A stretch of DNA of 64,000 nucleotides from Eledone cirrhosa (Eukaryota), in NCBI GenBank assembly GCA_964016885.1, contig OZ024751.1:32922001-32986000 (forward strand), in the 5' to 3' direction. The notes beneath the pieces are model-generated. The model saw nothing but the letters and a program-made list of their open reading frames with translations. It did not search any database and was not told where the DNA came from. A program made the translations under genes and the position numbers. Positions 60,026 through 64,000 of this stretch are shown piece after piece; the first letter of the stretch is position 1; each line of letters begins with the position of its first letter.

Positions 60026-62360
60026 ATATACATATTTGTGTATGGATGTATTGTATATTCAGTAAAATAAATTTCCTTGAAACCAACAATTTAAGATGAG
60101 ATGAACCGTAAAATTATTCAATGTATAAATTAATTCTTCAACCGTACAAGCCATTAACAAAAAAAAAAAATTAAATAAAAAATATAATTTATAGATAGAT
60201 ATATAAATAAGTAAATCAACCAGAGTGAATGGAAGCTGGGCTGAGCTGGTTAGAGGCGGTGTTGTAATGGTGGTGGTGTTGTTTATGGTAGTGGTGGTGT
60301 TGTTGTTTGTGGTGGTGTTGGTGTTGTTGTTTGTGGTGGTGGTGGTAGTGGTGTTGTTTGTGGTGGGTGAAATACAACATAAATATGTTTGGCAGTTTAA
60401 TTCCTGAAACATAATCACAGAACAATGAGGGCAGGCACTTGGAGGTGAAGGGGGTAGAGGAGAGAAAAACAAGAGTGGTAGAAAGCCTCTCAAATATGCT
60501 CTGAAAAGATGTTCAGAAGTAAATTGTACCATAAAAAGCTATTTATTCAATGTTTATGTAATGTCGGGAGAACGCTGACAATGGGGAAATCTGCGGTTAA
60601 ATAGAATTAAACGAAAAAGGAGTCGATAATACGAAACAAAATGTTTTAAATAAAGAATTTATGTGTTTGTTTGGTTTTGTTACTTTACAGTTTTTTTATT
60701 TATTTTCCCCAGCATGAATAGTGAAAGATATGTTTGGGAGGAATCAATTCTTTCCCATCGACTATTTTTATGAAGCAGCGAATATAATGATTTTATAATT
60801 AGCAATAGTTTTAGAATTATAGCAAGAATGTAAATCAGGAAGTTTGGCTTTTTTATGCATTTCCCAAAAGCATTAGCAACATACGATTTCCTTTGTTCAC
60901 ATACAACATTTTTGTTGTTTTTTATGTTGTTGTTGTTGTTGTTATTAATGCTGCTTAACTCCCAGTTAGCCCTAATCCAGGATATATCTAATCAAATGGA
61001 TTCCATCTATGAACCTCGTAATTTTTCTCTTTATAATAAAATCTGTCTACAAGTACGATATCCAATCTGTTCCTATTATTTGTTCAAATTGCTAGGATGT
61101 GCTTTGAGGCACAATTGACTGTTATTTCTAGCAGGTTCAGTGATCAAGTAAAGACCCTCTTGTTGTTTCACCCTCTTTCCTTGGTTATATGTTTATTTTT
61201 CTTTTGTAAATGAGGATATACTATGGGATTTTAGCCGATTGATCTCACGCTACTCTAGACTCATGTATCTGTTTTCAACTACCCCAGATAACCATATTCG
61301 ACATTTCTAACGTTTAATAGAGTAAAATTTAGAAGGTTTCACAGAAGTAATGTCTTGTAGTACTCACTGTTTAATAGTTAGTCTGCCTCATGGTCCTGGT
61401 GGATAGAATGGAGATGATGTTGTCCCGGAAAAGCCACCCCAACTCCCGGGACTCACACTTAAATGTATACAACTTCGCCCTGATAGAAGTGAGTAGGGAT
61501 ATGGTCCTGAGACGAAGGACGCCGGAATTATCCACTGCCACAGACTCGACCACAAACCTATCGGGGAGTGACTAATACTTCGATAGTTTGACCTCATCGT
61601 CCGGACTAACAGCGAAGCTTGGGCTGGTAGTCGAGCACAAGGGGTTGTCACTGAAGAAATCAGATATACGATTTCCCATTCCATCTCTAACTAAACTAAA
61701 TCATCGTAGTAGTCATAACATGTACAGAGTTAATCAGTTCAGCGGATACGACCACACCACAATAAGTTTTAATTGTAATATAATGTGTATAGGACGAGGA
61801 GGAGGGTGTATGTCGATTGAATCTCAGAGTACTTCTAATATGTTTGAAATATGTTTCTAATTTATCGACTCTGAAAGGATGAAAGCAAATGTTCACCCCC
61901 CACACCTCCCAACTTGGTGTCCTGAACTCAAAATAAACAAGAGTCAAAATGGACTTGAAAAATATATAGAGCCCAGAGCGCTGCAAATTCCACCAATTTA
62001 CCGCCTTGATAGTAATGAACTTTTAGTTGGGAATCACAAGGTTACACGTTTCCAAGGAGTGGATACATCGATTTAATCGACCGAGCTCCTTTCAGTATGG
62101 CTATTTATCTTATCGACCCTCCGTTTGATGAAAAGGAAAACTTCATCCCAGTGGAGAATTAAAAACTCTGAACATAAACTATGTAATTTATGACTGCAGT
62201 TATCGTGGCCGCGTACATTACTAATACTGATAGACCACTGACTGACACACACACACATATACACATATATATAAACACGCATATATATATATATACATAC
62301 ACAGAAATATATACTCCACACACACACTCATATATGTATGTATATATATATATATATATA

Positions 62361-62757
62361 TGCAGATTTTCGTTTTTCTATTTTATATGCAATATTATTG
62401 ATGTGAAATCGTTTGTTGAAACATTATTATAAACTGGGAGGGACATGCTGGAAATAAGGTATAAACCTTCCCTCAATAGAAAACATGAATAAAATAAGGA
62501 CACACCTTAATATAAGGACATGTAAATGCTGCATAAACAGACATAAACCCACCCCGGTCCTGAAAGACAGACGAGCATGAAAGTATTGCGAAGGTCGCAT
62601 GATGTGTGACGAAAGAGATTTAACAATACAATATTACAATTAAACAACCATTTGTTAATTAAATAACCATTGTATGGATTACTTTCCTAGTTATTAATAA
62701 AACTGAAATTATACTTAAGAGCTGTGTGAGTTTTATTGTCAGTATGACCCACCCATA
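62361..62757. mobile_element. Foldback element family P, copy 3 (diverged)
   Basis: TGAAATCGT.TGT.GAAACA tail motif, left arm GGGAGGGACATGCTG and right arm TTTTATTGTCAGTATGACCCACCCA match copies 1 and 2. (TA)n flanks. Confidence 0.55.
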
Positions 62758-62772
62758 GTATAATATATATGA

Positions 62773-62808
<36 letters not shown>

Positions 62809-62901
62809 TGTGCATGTGCGTACATATCCAGCCATGCATAGCTAAGTAGTACCGGATACGATCTCACAACGCTGCGCATTGAATTGGTGTCTTTTTCCAT
62901 A

Positions 62902-62962
62902 CCCTCTGGATGATCAATATCTTTTGAAAGATGAATTTCGTAACGGAAACCACGTGTAAGCG
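62902..62962 (+). ncRNA. Degenerate hammerhead ribozyme remnant
   Basis: ccct-CTGGATGA-(hairpin atctt/aagat)-GAAAC-cacgt-GTA-agcg. One extra G in the core, stem I 3 of 4 pairs. Confidence 0.45.
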
Positions 62963-63549
62963 CATTCTATATTTTACACACACAAATATATACATGCATA
63001 CATACATTCGTATGTATGTATGTATGTATGTATGTATGTATGTATGTATGTATGTATGTATGTATGTATGTATGTATGTATGTATGTATGTATGTATGTA
63101 TGTATGTATGTATGTACATATATATATATATGTGTGTGTGTGTGTCTGTGAGTGTGAACCTGACCTATATAAACTTGTGTAACGAACTGTAGTTTTTGTA
63201 GTTTATTTTTTCAGAAGTTACCAGAACCTTACAATAAACCGTGATCGATAAAACAAGATACTGACTGAAAAATACTATCAGGGTCGATATTATCTGACTA
63301 AAATATTTTAAGGGTACGCAACAGCGTGGCCCCAGTCCATTGAATGGGATATTACATTCATAAATGAGACTTAGCTGACATTCGAAGAAAAGAGGAATGT
63401 TAATTATAGATGAACAATCGAGTTAGGGACCCCTAAAAATGCCTCTACCAGGGTTCATACACACATATGTATACACACACACACACATTATGCACGTATG
63501 TATGTAGCTGCGTGTTTGTAGTTATCAAGTATTATTACAGTTAACTTAA

Positions 63550-63934
63550 GGGCGATGGAATTGGCAGTATCAGAGGGTCGGACGCCATGCTTTCCAGCAT
63601 AGTTACGTCCCTTTACGGTCTGAGTTCAAATCCCGCCAAGGTTCACTTTGCCTTTCATCCTTATGGGGTCGATAAAATAAAGTACCAGTAATGCACTGGG
63701 ATAATTGTTAGTCTTCTGCCAAAAATAGAAACAATTATTAGTGCACTGGATTGGCAGTATCGGTAGAGGGTCGGACGCCATGCTTAGACGCATAGAGTTA
63801 CGGCCCTTGCTATTCTGAGTTCAAATCCCGCCGAGGTTAACTTTGCCTTTCATCCATACGGGGTCGATAAAATAAAGTACCAGTAATGTACTGAGTAATT
63901 GCTGGCCTTGTGCCAAAAAGTAGAAACAATTATT
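63550..63934 (+). mobile_element. Head-to-tail dimer of SINE family A
   Basis: Monomers at 63550-63739 and 63749-63934. ATTATTACAGTTAA direct repeat at 63531-44 and 63929-42. Confidence 0.92.
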
Positions 63935-64000
63935 ACAGTTAATTGCATTGGCGCGACTATATTTTCACGTTATGTTTCAGTTGATCAGACCGATAAATGC

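Overview
Eukaryotic, very AT-rich, repeat-dominated DNA. The SINE/LINE repertoire and huge (TA)n tracts recall a cephalopod (Octopus-like) genome; this is inference. Nearly all long ORFs in the track are microsatellite artefacts. Supported content: (1) a minus-strand LicD/FKRP-like nucleotidyltransferase gene or pseudogene, with pieces at 17.5-18.0 kb and a terminal exon at 228-423 separated by a ~17 kb intron; (2) many tRNA-derived SINEs of two families plus a third (CAA)n-tailed repeat; (3) a young CR1-group RT fragment, an RTE LINE 3' end, a bipartite RTE-derived element and probable solo LTRs; (4) kb-scale (TA)-rich satellites. The most interesting signal is a set of short foldback elements (inverted arms plus a one-sided tail), mostly inserted in (TA)n. 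One carries an apparently complete minimal hammerhead ribozyme (49817-49939, minus strand), as in Penelope-like element pseudo-LTRs. Further degenerate hammerheads lie at about 3.0, 15.5, 24.5 and 62.9 kb. A three-copy foldback family with the same architecture has no recognisable hammerhead. All structures and family calls were made by eye, without database searches or folding software.
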